Position numbers and translations under genes: made by a program
NCBI GenBank assembly: GCA_030704615.1
Contig: CM060732.1
Location: 75,392,001 to 75,456,000, forward strand
Direction of reading: 5' to 3'
DNA length: 64,000 nt
DNA from: Takakia lepidozioides
Lineage: Eukaryota; Plantae; Bryophyta
Shown: one piece after another, positions 23,970 to 37,498 of the stretch
Layout: each line of letters starts with the position of its first letter
How positions within the stretch are numbered: position 1 is the first letter of the stretch
Notes under the pieces: model-generated
Told to the model about the DNA's origin: nothing
The model's input: only the letters and a program-made list of their open reading frames with translations
The model's database searches: none

Positions 23970-26900
23970 TCACGCGTGTTTAATAAACTTTTCAGACCAT
24001 AAGGTGGCACTTCCCTGCGTGTCACCCAATGTGGTATGATTAGGGGTAACAGAGTAGTCCGGGTACGGCAACACAACCTCTGAAATCATGACCGATTTCA
24101 CATGGATACGGTAATAGTTGTCTGGCACATTTGCTTTCGGAAATCCAGCAATATATCCCACACCTGCCCTTCTTTTTGGTGCACAAGGATCAAACAATAA
24201 CACCTTGTCGCCGATCTGAAACTGCAACAAAAACCAGATTCCTATATCAGAAATGAACCCTGGAGAACAGAGACTGACAGCTTGGCACTCCTGCAAAATG
24301 CATCCTCGTTCTTCCAGCAAACACCCCAACCCTACCTATTGCAGTACTTCCAATTCTGAATTGCATTTGCCTGTCTCTATACTCCATGCTGACATGATCA
24401 AAGGTGGAACGGTGCCATACCTAGTTGATAGCAGGTTCTGCATGGTCAACATGGATGTGGTAGGACGATGTCACAAAACTACCTTTGTAGGTTGTCAATC
24501 CTGCAGCTACACAGCGATACATAGGGGGTGTATTGATCCAGCATCAGACAAGGAAACAAAAGAGGACAAAGGAAGTACTTACACTGTGCGGATTTTGTTG
24601 GTCACCCCATGGTTCAGTTACATCCACTGTGGTTGTAGTCTGATTGATAGCACATATTGTGCTTTCCCTGCCCATTGAACGCTTCACTGGTTTCACCATC
24701 TGCATATTGAATGACACATGATCAAAAAATGAGAATAGCACGAATGACACACATTGTGAAGTAGCATTAACAATACAAATCCACCCACGCGCCCAAGCAT
24801 TGAATCTTTTGCTCTCACCTTTCTTTGATTATGCTTTGTTGTTGCATCGGGAGGCAAAGTCGTTGGAACTCTGGCAGCAGGAAGCCCTGGTTCGGATGCC
24901 TTTGCAGATTGTTGTGATCCACTACCCATGGCTGCAGTATTGAACAAGTAGTTGGGCTGCCCATATCTGTATGGGTGCCCTGACACATACTCAGGGATGT
25001 GTGCAGCCTTGGATACACCCTCTAACCAAGGCAGTAATTCTTTCATAAGCCTCTTGCAGTTTGGCTGATCCCTCAACTTCCATGGATACGGGAAGATGCA
25101 ATTATTTGCAGGGTTGGGTAAGCAAGTGAGTGGGGAATCGTCCACCAGCAAAGTATTGGTTGGATTGTAATGGCTGTAGTCCTTCCAAAACTTACATAAG
25201 TTCTTGTACATGACAGTTTTAGAAGGATTGAGAGGGTCCACCATTCCCACAGGTTGGTCACAATAGTCTTGGTGAAGCACCATCTTTGGTTGCTTCCCAG
25301 GAAACAATGCTTTCACAACTGGAAGGACATTACTCAATGACATGGAAGACCATACACCTACATCAAAAATCTGAAGGCATCGGTCCAGAAACTCCTGACA
25401 CCCAGGTCTGGAGGTGACAGTGGGCTCTAGGTGTTCCCTTGTTCGTAGTCTGCTCTCACATAACAATCCATTCAAGTCAAGTATAAGGATGTGTTTCTGC
25501 CTCTCAGTTGCCGAAGGGCAATTACCAACAACTTGTACATGATTATCATGTACAAAAGACACACCTTTCTGTGGGGCACTCTGCAAATTCATGGAGACCT
25601 CACAGGCATATTGAGAGGGTAGTACATATGCCGGAAGTGCTACTGGTGTAGGGGACAACAAAACGGATGAACACTTTGCAGTTGCCTCAACAATATGGGG
25701 GGATGGATTGAGTTCACCTTCAGACCAACCCTCCATGTCATCATCCCCCTCCATTTCTGAAAGCCCAAACAATGAGCCTATTGTGTTTGGCTTTGGTGGC
25801 GGTGAAGAAACTGCCTTGAACAGGTTGAGTGGTGAGCCCATAACATGAGAAATAGTCTCATTTGTTGTGTGTGGCGCAAAGGTGGTGCATGGTGGACCTG
25901 TAGGTTCCGAATCTGGCACATTCATGCCAAGTTTAGCTGCGAGCGCAATGTTGAATGCAGCTGCTGCCTCCAGTTGGCCTTGGACTGCTTCCAAAGCTGC
26001 CTTGGAGCTGGCTTCCATCTGCACTTGTTTGTTTTCCATAGCATCGAGGCGAGCTGCTAGTGAACCAATTCCCTGCCCCATCACATAGAACACCTCCAAA
26101 GTAACAATTCACTACACTGACTGATGAACTAGTAAGAAAACAGAACCAAACGGCAACTAGCAATGGCATGGAAATCACGAATATGTAATTCACACCAGAA
26201 TTGGTACTGAGTTTATATACCGTTGTGGCTGCACTGCCTGTACACCCCGAGCCGTAGCCTTTGTCACTCCTGGCGCTACCGGCGATCTCCTGCAAACTTG
26301 GTGTACGTCCAGTCTCCTTCTCCTGTGATTGCAACAAACTTGCAAGTGTTAATGACTAGCATAGCACACTGCCAACAGTAAAGAATTATCTAGGATAGCG
26401 TCAATGACTCCCCCTCAATAAGAGTGCTTAGTTTCTTGCTGGCGCCCAACTCTGAGAAGGCCCCCAAGTAGTAGCAATGTGTACTAATTCAATGGTGATA
26501 GGAATAGACTCTGAGCTCCAGCCAAAAAAACCCAACACATAAAGTTTGTCAATGCAAAACAATGTGGGAACTTCCTATGTTGTAAGAGAAGTATACCAGT
26601 CGTGCTACAACACCGCTGATTCCACTGCGACCTGATCGAGATGTATTCTTCACACATCCCCGCGCCTTGACACCATTTGCCTGAAATTTCTTGAAATCAG
26701 TGGAACCCCAACTAACAACTAGTTGTGCCCATGTCTTGTCTGGCACATGATGGGGTTTGGGCAGCCCCACACTATAGTAATTTTTGAACAGCTTATTTCG
26801 TTGGTACTTGAGCTGCCCGCAAATTGTTTTTGTAATAGCCTTTATGTTAAGACCAGGAGGTCCGTATTCCCAATCTGAAGCCAGGATCTCCATGATCTTT

Positions 26901-29900
26901 TCAATTAAGTGTAATGGTTGATCCTGAGCATACAATGACCAGTCCAACAAACGTTGACACTGCCCTCGCAGAGCTGTCATCCACTGGTTCCGAGCAGGAC
27001 CTTCAGGGTTTCCAAGTTCATCACAAGAAATGAAAAATTTCCTCCTCCCTACAGCCACATTCTGAGCAGCCTGGTCTCTCAGATCTTTTGCAAGTGCCCT
27101 TCTTTCCCTCCTTAAAGCATTTTTGCGTTCTATAGGAGTCACACCTGATGTCCCCCCAGGACTAAGGCTGGAATCCTGCAAGGTTTCAGCAGTACCATGC
27201 ATGTTACCACCTTCACTCTGTTGGGGCTGGACTGCTGTCTCCCACCCCACAGGATGATGCGGAGCAAATGCATCCTCGGTCTGTTTCAGAATGCCTTTCC
27301 CTTTCAGGGTATTAGGTGTACCTGGAGATGTTGGATAAAGAGGTGGCCGCGGTGCAGTGAAGCTCGAAGGTGCCGGCAGTTGTACTCCACTGTAGTTGGA
27401 TCCTGAAGGTTGGTGGCCACCATACTGGACCTGCCCCTGGTGTGGTCTTGCAGGGCTGGTAGGATAGAGGGAGGAAGTAGGTTGGTTGTACATAGGCCGA
27501 GGAGGATACATACTATGGGGATGCATTCCATAATGGTGGTAAATGGAATACCCACCTTGACTAGGATCATGCATTGGAGCGCCTGCAGGTGGAGCAAAAG
27601 AATTGTAATTCTGGCACTGAGAATCATTGTTTGGAGGTTGATAGTGAGGATACGGCATGTGCCCATGCAGATTATACCCTGACATGGCAGGATACTGTGG
27701 GTACATAAGCGGATACGAGGGAGGAGCCGATACTGGTGGATACAAGGGAGCTGGAACGTCAGTCTGTGGAGTGGGCGGGGCTGGTTTTTCGTAAGGGGGA
27801 ACAACCGCGCCACTCATCACAGCAGTTGGCGCAATAGTTGGTGCACACTTTGCTGGAGTAAGAGACTTATGCTCGTTCGCATCCTTCCCTGCAATTCCCT
27901 TCCTTTTTTTGACTGAACTCTGCACACATTGCTCAACAGAAACATGTGAAACAATACGACCATACTACTAGGGATGGCAAACCACGTGGGTAAGCCAAGC
28001 CCAAAGGCCTATGCAAGAAGACCCTGTCAGTCAGACCTATGGTACAGTCAGCTGAATCGCATGCCTCATACCAGCGACCCTATGATAAATACCTGAATAT
28101 TAGGAAGGAAGAACTCACCCTGCTAGATGAATCTGACGTGGAGGCTGAAGTGTCTAAGGCCATGTCAAAAGCATGAAGAATGTCCGAACAAAACAATGTT
28201 AGGCATAAACTTCCCTGAACTCGTTTCCAGTTTGTGACATGGGTGAGGACTTTGAGGATGATCTGAAGGGCAGACCTACCCTTGGCACTAGACTGAAAAT
28301 TTAACCTCCGGATGGGGAGTCTACCTTTGAACAATAAACAGATGCAGAGAGGAAAGGGAGATTGTCGATGCTCACTGGTGTGGGTGGCCTGAAGACAATG
28401 TCCATTTTGTGATACAAGTCTGGGGTATTCTCATCAGAGAGCGACCCTCTTCAGGACCATCAAGAACATAGTCCCTGCACCTCTGTTCACCAACTATCAA
28501 TATCTCAAGGCTGAGTCTAAAGCGGTGGGCCCTGTTGGGGTCTCATTGCTTGGTAGCCCACATACAACAAAACTGATGAACGTGTGAAGGGCTTTCTAAA
28601 AGGAATCTGGAAAGCCTGAACTAATTTATAACACGGTAAGTCCTACTAATGGAGTGAGCCCCTCATTCTAATGGCAGACAGTTAATTAACTGTCTAGAAG
28701 ATCTTCAGCTTTTCACCTTGAATATCAGGACAAGAGGTGACCAAGTGCAGTGGACTCGTGAGAAATCCCAAACTGGGGAACGCTCCATTGTGGATTATAT
28801 CATAATGGACAAAAATTTGTTCCCCCAGTGTGCGAATGTGTTGATCGACAGAACTGATATTGCTACCTCTGACCAGTTCCTGGTTTGGAATGAGATCAAA
28901 AGGTGTTTTCCCAACACCAAGAGATATGTGAAACATTCGATTCGGAAGTGGCGCATAGAAAAACTTCATAATGAGGAGGTCAAGGTTGAGTATGTCCAGG
29001 CCTTGCAAGAGGCTCTCCCTCTCGATGCAATCGCTCCAAGAACTTCAGTCTCGCTCTGATAACGCAAGAAATGAAGTCGAAAGAGCAGGGGACTCTTGGG
29101 AGAGTTTCGTTTCCTCCGTGGTTGACAAGATCATTGGGATGAAACTAATTGTCTGTGCTAGAGCTGTTAATTGGTGGACCAATGAGATTAAACTCAAGAT
29201 AGCTGAGAGACGAGCCCTCTATAAAGAGTGCTGCAATTTGGAAACCAACAGAGAATTGTGGGCGAGGTACTACCAGCTCCGTAAAGATATCAATCAGCTT
29301 GTTAGGTCTCAGAACCCTAAATTATACTGGGACAAGTTATATAGTGTTTGAAACTCGGAACTTTGGTGCAGATCGCAAACCTGCTGATGGGTTGGGGAGT
29401 TTGCAGGGTGCTTTGCGCGCTTTCTCTTTGTTGGGGCTTCTTTCATCGTTTCCATCTCTGACTCCGAGCTGGTCTCATTCAAGTCTTCATGTGCGGCATA
29501 ATCTTGGTCTCGCTGCAATTCTTGCTCTCGTGCCTCCTCTGTGTCTGACTCCGCTACCACCTGCGCTTCCTCCTCTTGCTCTACCTCTTTCTCCCGTTGT
29601 GACATTGCAGAGTGCAGGAGTTGAACTCTGTGACTTCGGCGAGGAGGACCTGTGTGTTTGAGGATTTCCTCAACGAGGCGTTTAGGGCGACTCAATCTCG
29701 CTTCGACGCTGCAAAGAAGAAGAAGAAAGACAATGTCAGCAGCAGCAAAACCCTAACATATCCTCTCTGCAGGTTTGGAGCTTTTAATGCGGTTTCATGG
29801 CTAGGGCTAGGTAGGGCATATGAAAAAACGCAAGTTCGGACCTCTTTGCAATGTCGTAGATCTTCAGTCGTGCGAAGAATGCCTTGTTCTCCGCTTGACG

Positions 29901-29975
29901 CTTTGCTCGTTCTACCTCCCTCGCTGTAGGCTTGCGCCCTGGTGTAACTTCTGGACACTCTATGTCTGTCTCCAT
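23970..29975 (-). CDS. Multi-exon CACTA TnpA-like gene: Pro-rich region, TnpA/Transposase_24-like segment, coiled coil, FCP1-like domain, C-terminal Tnp1/DUF8039-like domain
   Basis: Long ORFs 26549-27925 (PKPHHVPDKTWAQLVVSW..ANGVKARG..SRSGRSGI), 24693-26099 and 23970-24220 (VGYIAG..YYRIHVKSV..LPYP..TLGD..GSATLW). Putative 5' exons lie at 29340-29975. The exon joins are inferred. Confidence 0.6.
24990..25500 (-). other. FCP1/NIF-like HAD phosphatase domain within the TnpA-like ORF
   Basis: ILILDLNGLL..RPGCQEFL..FDVGVWSS..YKNL..W..YNPTNTLLVDDSP..NP.N.IFP. Confidence 0.85.
28100..29330 (+). mobile_element. LINE remnants (C-terminal Zn-finger fragment 28100-28680; endonuclease-end fragment 28720-29330)
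   Basis: 28100-28680 is homologous to 56960-57530. WTRE..SIVDYIIMD..SDQFLVW matches the end of an APE domain. Confidence 0.7.
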
Positions 29976-30004
29976 TTCCTGACGAGTCTCACTCAGTCGC
30001 CAAG

Positions 30005-33000
30005 ATGATCCCTCCTACTGCCCATCGATTGCAAAGGCGGACACAAGCAGAACATGACGATGACAGATTGTGGAAACTAGAGGAAGCGCGAGCAAGAAGA
30101 CTGGGTCTTCGGAAAATTCTATGTCCATGCAATGCCTGTCATGGTGGGAACTGGCAAACCATTGGCCGGGCTAAGCGTCATCTGCTTTTGAACTTGCGAG
30201 ATCCTAACTTGCGAGAACTCCCGGTGCATATCTGTGGATTCTCTTCCCTTAACCCTGATGCATACTTTGAAATTATAAGAAACAGTTCAAATTCCTGGTA
30301 GCGGGATTGTTGTAAGGTGTAGAGTATTGTACATGCCCGTTTTCCTATTGCCACGTGCCTGTATTATGGCACGTTCCACATCCACCATTTCCAACCCTAA
30401 ACTCCCCATCTTATTGTGGATTGACATGTGGACTGATATGCTTATAAGCAGGAAAACTCTGGAGACGAACATGAGGGGTTTAGAACGGAAACCAGCCCTG
30501 CAGGTGGTCCTGATACCTTGGATCGTAATCTTGACATGCTTAGAATGCTCCGGGAGACATTCGCAACTACAGATAATGGGGTGCAAACTGGTGATGCACA
30601 TGAGGAACCGGGAGATGGAACACAGGGCCAATGGGACACAGATGGAGTGCCAGAGCAGACTGATGGTGGACTGAAGAGCGATGGTGATCGTGGTGCAGCG
30701 AGTGCCTTACGTTTTGAGCAGGAGGCATCCAGGGCTTTGTATGTAGGGAGTTCTTCCTCTCGATTGTCTGCTACCTTACTGCTGTTAAATGCTTGTCAAA
30801 CCCATGGTGTGTCAAACACCTTTGTCGATGAACTCCTTACATTGTTAGGAAGACAACTGTTGCCAGCAGACAATTGCCTGCCAAAGTCCCACTATGAGGC
30901 AAAACAACTCATAATGGAACTCGGGCTTCATTACGAGAGTATACATGCATGTCCGAAAGGTTGTGTGTTGTTCAGAAGGGAGCTTCAAAATTTGGAGGTT
31001 TGTCCAAAATGTCAGGCATGTCGTTATGTGGTGGGTACGAAGACACCAGTACCTCGTAAGGTCCTTCGACATTTCCCTATCATTCCAAGGCTGCTTCGAA
31101 TGTATAAAGCCAAATCCATCTCAGAGTTATTGTCATGGCACTTTAAGAATCGAAGTTTGGATGGCTTGGTTAGGCACCCAGCAGACAGCAAGGCTTCCAG
31201 CAGACAGCAAGGCTTGGGCCCACATTGACCAAAAATGGCCTGAGTTTGCAGCGGACCCCAGAAATCTGCGATTGGGTCTCGCATGGGATGGTGTCAATCC
31301 TTACAGTGATAAATCAAACAAATGGTCAACTTGGCCTGTCATGTTGGTAAACTATAATCTTCCACCATGGCTGTGTACTAAGCCATTTTTCACGATGTTG
31401 GCTTTATTGATTCCTGGACCACAATCTGTGGGAAATGACAATGCAGATGTTTATCTGCAGCCCCTTGTGGATGAGCTGAAATTGTTGTGGGAAGTTGGTG
31501 TGGAGGCATTGGATGGAAGTAGCCTAGTGGGGCAACAGTCATTTCGCATGAGGGCCATCTTGATGTGGTCAATCCACGACTTTCCAGCTTATGGGTTGCT
31601 AGCAGGATGCGCACACGGGGGATACAAGGCCTGCCCAGCTTGCGGCCCTAATGTTGATTCCAGGTACTCCAAGGCATGCAAAAAAGTTTTGTATCTTGGT
31701 CATAGGAGATACTTGCCTGCTATAGGAATAACTCGTCCCACTTTAATGGACATGTGGAACATAGAGCAGCTCCTATGGTGGTCACTGCAAGTGAGCAATT
31801 TGACCGGGCTACAACCAGAGAGTTGTATCTCGCAATGGGAGGGGCTGAGGGGGGAAAACTGGACCCTTCAAAGGAACATGGCATGAAACGGGTCACTGTT
31901 TTGAACCAATTGCCATACTGGAAAGACTTACTCATCCGATACACACTGGATGTGATGCATTGTGAAAAAAATTTGTGTGAGAATGTGCTGAGAACCATTC
32001 TTGGGGAGAAGGACACAGCCACATCTAGGACATTTGTGAACACTTGTGGTTGAGACCCCATCCCTCTCACCCGAACAAGTTGGTCAAGCCTTTGGCCCCA
32101 TATGTTCTTACTGAAGATGAGAAGGTGTTGTTTTTGGAAACATTGGCTGCAGTAAAGGCCCCCACAGGTTATGCTGCCACATTCCAGAAACATGTGGCTG
32201 ACAATAAACTGTCTACAATGAAAACCCATGACTACCATGTAATGATGCAGCAGATTTTACCTCTTTGCATTCGAGGGGTATTGGGAAAGGGTCCACGGAT
32301 GGCAATTATGAGGCTTTCTCGAGTCTTCCAAAAAATGTGTGCAAAGATCATTAATCCAGCTGAGGTACCGGCCTTAAAAGAAGATGTTGCAATCACTATG
32401 TGTCTGCTGGAGAAAGAATTCCCTCCGTCATTTTTTGATATCATGACTCACTTGCTTGTACACCTTGTGGACGAATTGGAGGTGTGTGGTCCCGTGTCTA
32501 GCCGTTGGATGTATCCTATGGAACGGTATATGAAGACATTAAAAGGCTATGTAAGGAATATGAGCCGACCTGAAGGGAGCATGGCGGAAGGGTATGCTTT
32601 GGATGAGGCCCTAGGGTTTCTAACTGAGTATATGGCTGAATTTCATGCTACAAGCCGAAGGGTGTGGGACTCCAATGAAGAAGACTCAGTTAGTGGGGAG
32701 GTGGTTGAAGGATTGGGAACTGTACGAGTCCTCACCATTCAAGAACGAGACAGTGCACACGAGTATATTTTGCACAACACAGATTGCATGAAACCATTCC
32801 TTGAGTAAGTATGTTGCTTATCATATCCTGTGTGTTTCATTTCTGCCAATGGTATAAGCTGTAATCCTAATTTGCAATTCTCATTTGGACAGGGCCTATG
32901 AAGAGGAGATGGCACTCATAGAAGCATCCCGCACTGAGTTCAGAACAACATACCTTTGTGGACAAGACCAAGACCACCACAATGGAGAAATTCCATACCC

Positions 33001-33805
33001 AACAGATATGCGCTTACTGGCTCCATTCCATGAATGGATTGAAGGTGCTGTCCAACGCAAGGTGAGTTCAGGTGAGTCCTATGATTTGGACATATGCCAT
33101 TTATGTATACCACCAGCAGTACAGTCATTGGGCTTCAAGTCCATGTATGCTTACGGCAATCACTTTCGAGCAATAAGTGATGGGACTGGCGCCAGAGACA
33201 GGGTGACATTTGATTCTGGAGTTGCTCAAGTATTCCATCAGGAAAGCGAAAACAGAGCAGGTATGTCCAGACGAGTGTTATCCCAATTGGAATATGTGGG
33301 TGTTGTAAGAGAAATAATTCAACTGGATTACGGAATTCTTCACCCAATTCTGTTCTTGTGTACATGGGTGAGGTCACACATGGTGGGCCGGAATGCCACC
33401 ATGAAACGAGATGATTATGGCTTTCTCTTGGTTGACTTCAGTCGCATGTTGCCTGGGATGGAGCAGCCCTGGACATTCCCTAGTCAGGTGGAGCAAGTTT
33501 TTTTCTCGGATGAAAAAAGTTCACGAGGGAACTGGAAGGTGGTCCTTCACAAGGACCCTCGATCCCGACGAGTGGTTCACGATATTACAGAAGTGGCACT
33601 GGGTGAGGGAGACATTTATGTAGGCATGGTGCCTCCTGAAATTCCTCATAACATCATGACTGAGCTTGTTGTTTGTGTTCCTTTGAGTGAGGCAGATGAA
33701 TTGGCCATTGCCAACTTGAATGCACCTGCAAGGCAGAGGCGAAATGGTAGAAGGCGGAGGCAAGCTCCACATGGGAGGTACCAAGCCAGTTGTGCTATGG
33801 TGTAG
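30005..33805 (+). pseudogene. CACTA Tnp2/TnpD-like transposase (transposase-associated Zn domain, Transposase_21, DUF4218, DUF4216)
   Basis: ILCPCNAC; IHACPKGCVLF..CPKC; RNLRLGLAWDGVNP..STWPV; HDFPAYG..CPAC; LDVMHCEKN; MKTHDYH; FPPSFFDIMTHLLVHL; WMYPMERYM..PEGSMAEGY. Frameshifts at ~31197, ~31730 and ~32040. Confidence 0.95.
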
Positions 33806-35403
33806 AGTTGGTTTCTGCTATTGCATGTACTTTTCCAGGGTTTAGACTTGATACAGCATGGTACCTTCCATGGGTGGGAGTGACTGAGCTGTTGGGGTGG
33901 GCAGAATTCTGACAAACACACTTTCATTTGTGACAGTGAACCCTAAACAGTCATGAAGCTGTGGCATGAATACTTTTCTGACCCTAATCAATGGTGGCCC
34001 AATTGTGGGAAAAAGGTGAATGCATGTTGGATTATAGAGAGTAGCAGATGCAATTGAGCATAGGAACTAGTGTGAGAAGTTGAGTTGGGTGTTTCCTAGA
34101 ACAAATGTAGGCTGTTATTGTCAGTTGCTACCAGCAAGGCAAAGATGTATGCATGATTTGTGAGAGGCATGGATAGCTGAAGGAGCAGGGATAGAGTGTG
34201 GGTCCAGATTCATCCAAGAGGGCCACATTTCAAGCACAACATTGCCTATGATTCCTTGTGGAAGGATTGGTACAAGAAACCTGCATGGGTAGATGGTCAA
34301 CTGGAAGCCGCAGCAGCAGCGGCACAATTGGTAAAATCAGGCGATGAGGGCACCTTCTTCAACACATTTCAGCCTGTTTTTCCCTCTTATCACAATCGGC
34401 CCTAAATTTCCATGTTGAATTATGCAAGTTAGCTGGTTGACTGAATCTTTGATAGATTGGAGTGACTTTGACATGATACTGCTAATGTGACAACAGGAAA
34501 GTATCCAGAAACAGGTACAAGAGATGAGGAGAAGGTGTGGAATGAATACTTTTCTGATTTGGTCAAGTTTAGGGAGTGTTCAAAACCATGGCTGAACAAG
34601 ATGTGGTGTCGTGGAGCGCGATGCTTGCAGGATGTGCACAGCAGTGAAGTGGGATGGAGCCTTTGAATTGCTGAATTGGCCATTGCCAACTTGAATGCAC
34701 CTGCAAAACAGAGGCAAAATGGTAGAAGGCGGAGGCAAGCTCCACATGGGAGGTACCAAGCCAGTTGTGCTATGGTGTAGAGTTGGTTTCTGCTATTGCA
34801 TGTACTTTTCCAGGGTTTATACTTGATACAACATGGTACCTTACATGGGTGGGAGTGACTGAGCTGTTGGGGCGGGAAGAATTCTGACAAACACACTTTC
34901 ATTTGTGACAGTGAACCCTAAACAGTCATGAAGCTGTGGCATGAATACTTTTCTGACCCTAATCAATGGTGGCCCAATTGTGGCAAAAAGGTGAATGTCT
35001 GTTGGATTACAGAGAGTAGCAGATGCAATTGAGCATATGAACTAGTGTGAGAAGTTGAGTTGGGTGTTTCCTAGAACAAATGTAGGCTGTTATTGTCAGT
35101 TGCTACCAGCAAGGCAAGGATGTATGCATGATTTGTGCAGAGGCATGGATAGCTGACGGAGCAGGGATAGAGTGTGGGTCCAGATTCATCGGTGAGGGCC
35201 ACATTTCAAGCACAACATTGCCTATGATTCCTTGTGGGAGAATAGCTACAAGAAACCTGCATGGGTAGATGGTCAACTGGAGCAGCGACACAATTGGTAA
35301 AATCAGGCAATGAGGGCACCTTCTTCAACACATTTCATCCTGTTTTTCCCTCTTATTAGAATCGGCCCTAAATTTCCATGTTGAATTCTGCAAGTTAGCT
35401 GGT
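33698..35403 (+). repeat. Direct duplication of ~735 bp (33698-34437 and 34673-35403)
   Basis: Both copies start GAATTGGCCATTGCCAACTTGAATGCACCTGCA and are near-identical throughout. Confidence 0.95.
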
Positions 35404-35760
35404 GGTGGACACATGTATAGCAAATGTGGGAGCACTGAGGATGCGTGTTCAACACTATGGCTGAACGAGATTGTGCGTTTGCAGTGCGTGTGCAAGTCTG
35501 GCAGCTTTGGATGCATCACCAAAGTTGGAATTGTAACAGATGCGATCCAAATGTGGGGAGCATCAAGGGTATGCCAAATGCCTCGTATGCCAAATGTGGG
35601 AGCATCAAGGGCAAACCTGGCAGCTCTGGAAAAAGGGAAGAGGTCCATGGCTTCATTGTCAAAGCTGGAATTCTACCTGATGTGATTTTGAACAATGCCC
35701 TCGTGGACATGTATGCCAAATGTGGGAGCATCAAGGATGCGAAGGCAGTTTTCCAACACT
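33953..35760 (+). pseudogene. Fragmented OSB-PDF-motif / PLS-PPR pseudogene
   Basis: MKLWHEYFSDPNQWWPNCGKK|intron|IHPRGPHFKHNIAYDSLWKDWYKKPAWVDGQL is present twice (second copy degenerate). A further KVWNEYFSD lies at ~34530, and PPR pieces ([13 protein letters not shown]) at 35410-35760. Confidence 0.8.
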
Positions 35761-36593
35761 ATGGCTCTTGGAGTGATTTTGACATGTACCAGCGAAGGGG
35801 AGAAAGTGGGGCCCTCAGTGGACGAGTTGAAAAGCACTAGTTAAAAAGCACTGGCGCTTGATAGGGTGGGGCAAAATTCAGGCTGGGGTGATCATTGATA
35901 TCCCGGACGCAATGTAAAAAAGACGGTTGTGAGTGAAGGACACCCGTAGCAAAAAAACCCTGCTGTCTCAAAAAAGGAGGCAGTCACAAAGAGCAAGGCA
36001 CTTTGTCCAAGCTTCTCGAATCTAGCAACAATGTGGACAGGGATTGAGTCATTGGGAACAATTTATGTAAGGTGGCGAAGAAAACCTTGTCTGAGGATCA
36101 CTGGATATTTCTCTAGTACGGTTGGACTAGTAGAGATTGAAATCCGTGCTCAGCTCAGCTTCAGACTGTCTCATTGTGAAGGGTCACGGTTGACTGGACA
36201 GAAATGGGATTGACATTGCCGGGCTCCCAAATCTCTGAGACGACATGTGGTAGTTTTATCTATAGCTTCTCAAAGCAATTGTTTTACATTGTTCATTATA
36301 GTGTGACATTCTCATAACGATATTGTCGTCAGCTGCATGAGCAGTGCATCTTTTTGGATTGTTGGTCCCCATAACCCTAATAACCTTTTTGAACTTTTTA
36401 AATTCTCTAAACAAAAGTCTATGTGTTATGTCGTCCAGGGCATGTTGAATAGAGGTGGAAGTCATTTTATCCATCCATCTTCCATGGATGGTCAATGGGC
36501 CAAGTCATATCCACCTTGATGGTCAATGTGCCACGCCATATAGTTGCCCCAAATTCCTGTAGGACATCTGACACTCACCTCACACTCCATGAC

Positions 36594-37445
36594 TCATTTG
36601 ACACTCATGTCAAATGCCCCATATGAATTATCTTGGTCAACATCTGTTGACCGTATGGGTGTTATTCGAGTGTGAAATTTGTAACACCATGTGGCTTTTC
36701 CTACAATGATCCAAATCACACCTTGCCTCGTCTCACATGGGTGTAAGAAGAGCCATTCAAAGTGCCAGGTGTGAACTATGGGTGGTGTTGGAAAAACCGG
36801 TTTCTGTAGTAGTGGCTTCAATGCACCCTTGGCTATACTAGAAATCTCCGTTACCATATAACCATATGGCAAGCAAGTTTGGAAAACTGTTCTTGGTGTA
36901 AGTTTGATCCACATGATATCCTTAGGAATCCAATTCTTTACCAGTATCAGTTCTTCATGCATATGAGTATAAACATTCACTTTCCATTCCTCCCAGCCTT
37001 CAAACTCCACTCGTTTAATGGATAACAATGCTATCACATAAACCAGTGTTGGTAACCAACTTGCTCTCCCTCTACAGGCCACTTGATAAATCTTTATCAC
37101 TCCTTTTTCCAGACCCCACTCTGGATCTGCATCATGCACTCTCTTAAGAATGTTTTCTTTGCAACCGTCTGGCAATTCCAAGAATCTCTGAAAGAATTGC
37201 TTGGACAATCTTTCTTTCTCAGTTCCACAAGGAATTTGATTCACATCAAATTCTTTAATTCTCCAACCACCATGATCCCACCAGATGCCCGTCACATCTG
37301 GTTGTTCTTGACCCAGTTCCCCAGTATGGTTACCAAATGTCGAGCGGCTTTTACTCACCCATCCCTTCGCTAGCCGAGGTATAAACTCCAAGATAGAAGA
37401 GTTGGATATCTCTAAGCACTCAGCCCACTCAGAACAATCAGTCAT
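36594..37445 (-). other. Unassigned 283-aa ORF abutting a gypsy pol, probably a retroelement accessory fragment
   Basis: Long open frame with no recognised motif. Confidence 0.3.
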
Positions 37446-37498
37446 GACCTACAACTAGTGCATCATGGTTGTGATTCCTGTTTGTATTTCCTCTTACC

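Larger units (their letters stand above)
23003..33805. mobile_element. Second CACTA element (left terminus to end of transposase; right terminus not found)
   Basis: Starts CACTAGTACAGAAA at 23003. Contains a TnpA-like gene (-) and a Tnp2/TnpD-like transposase (+). Confidence 0.7.

Noticed and set aside
34064-34072. ACTAGTG as the right terminus of the 23003 CACTA element (also at ~35041)
   Set aside because: The match is limited to 7 bp, lies inside the PDF intron and lacks subterminal repeats and a matching TSD.
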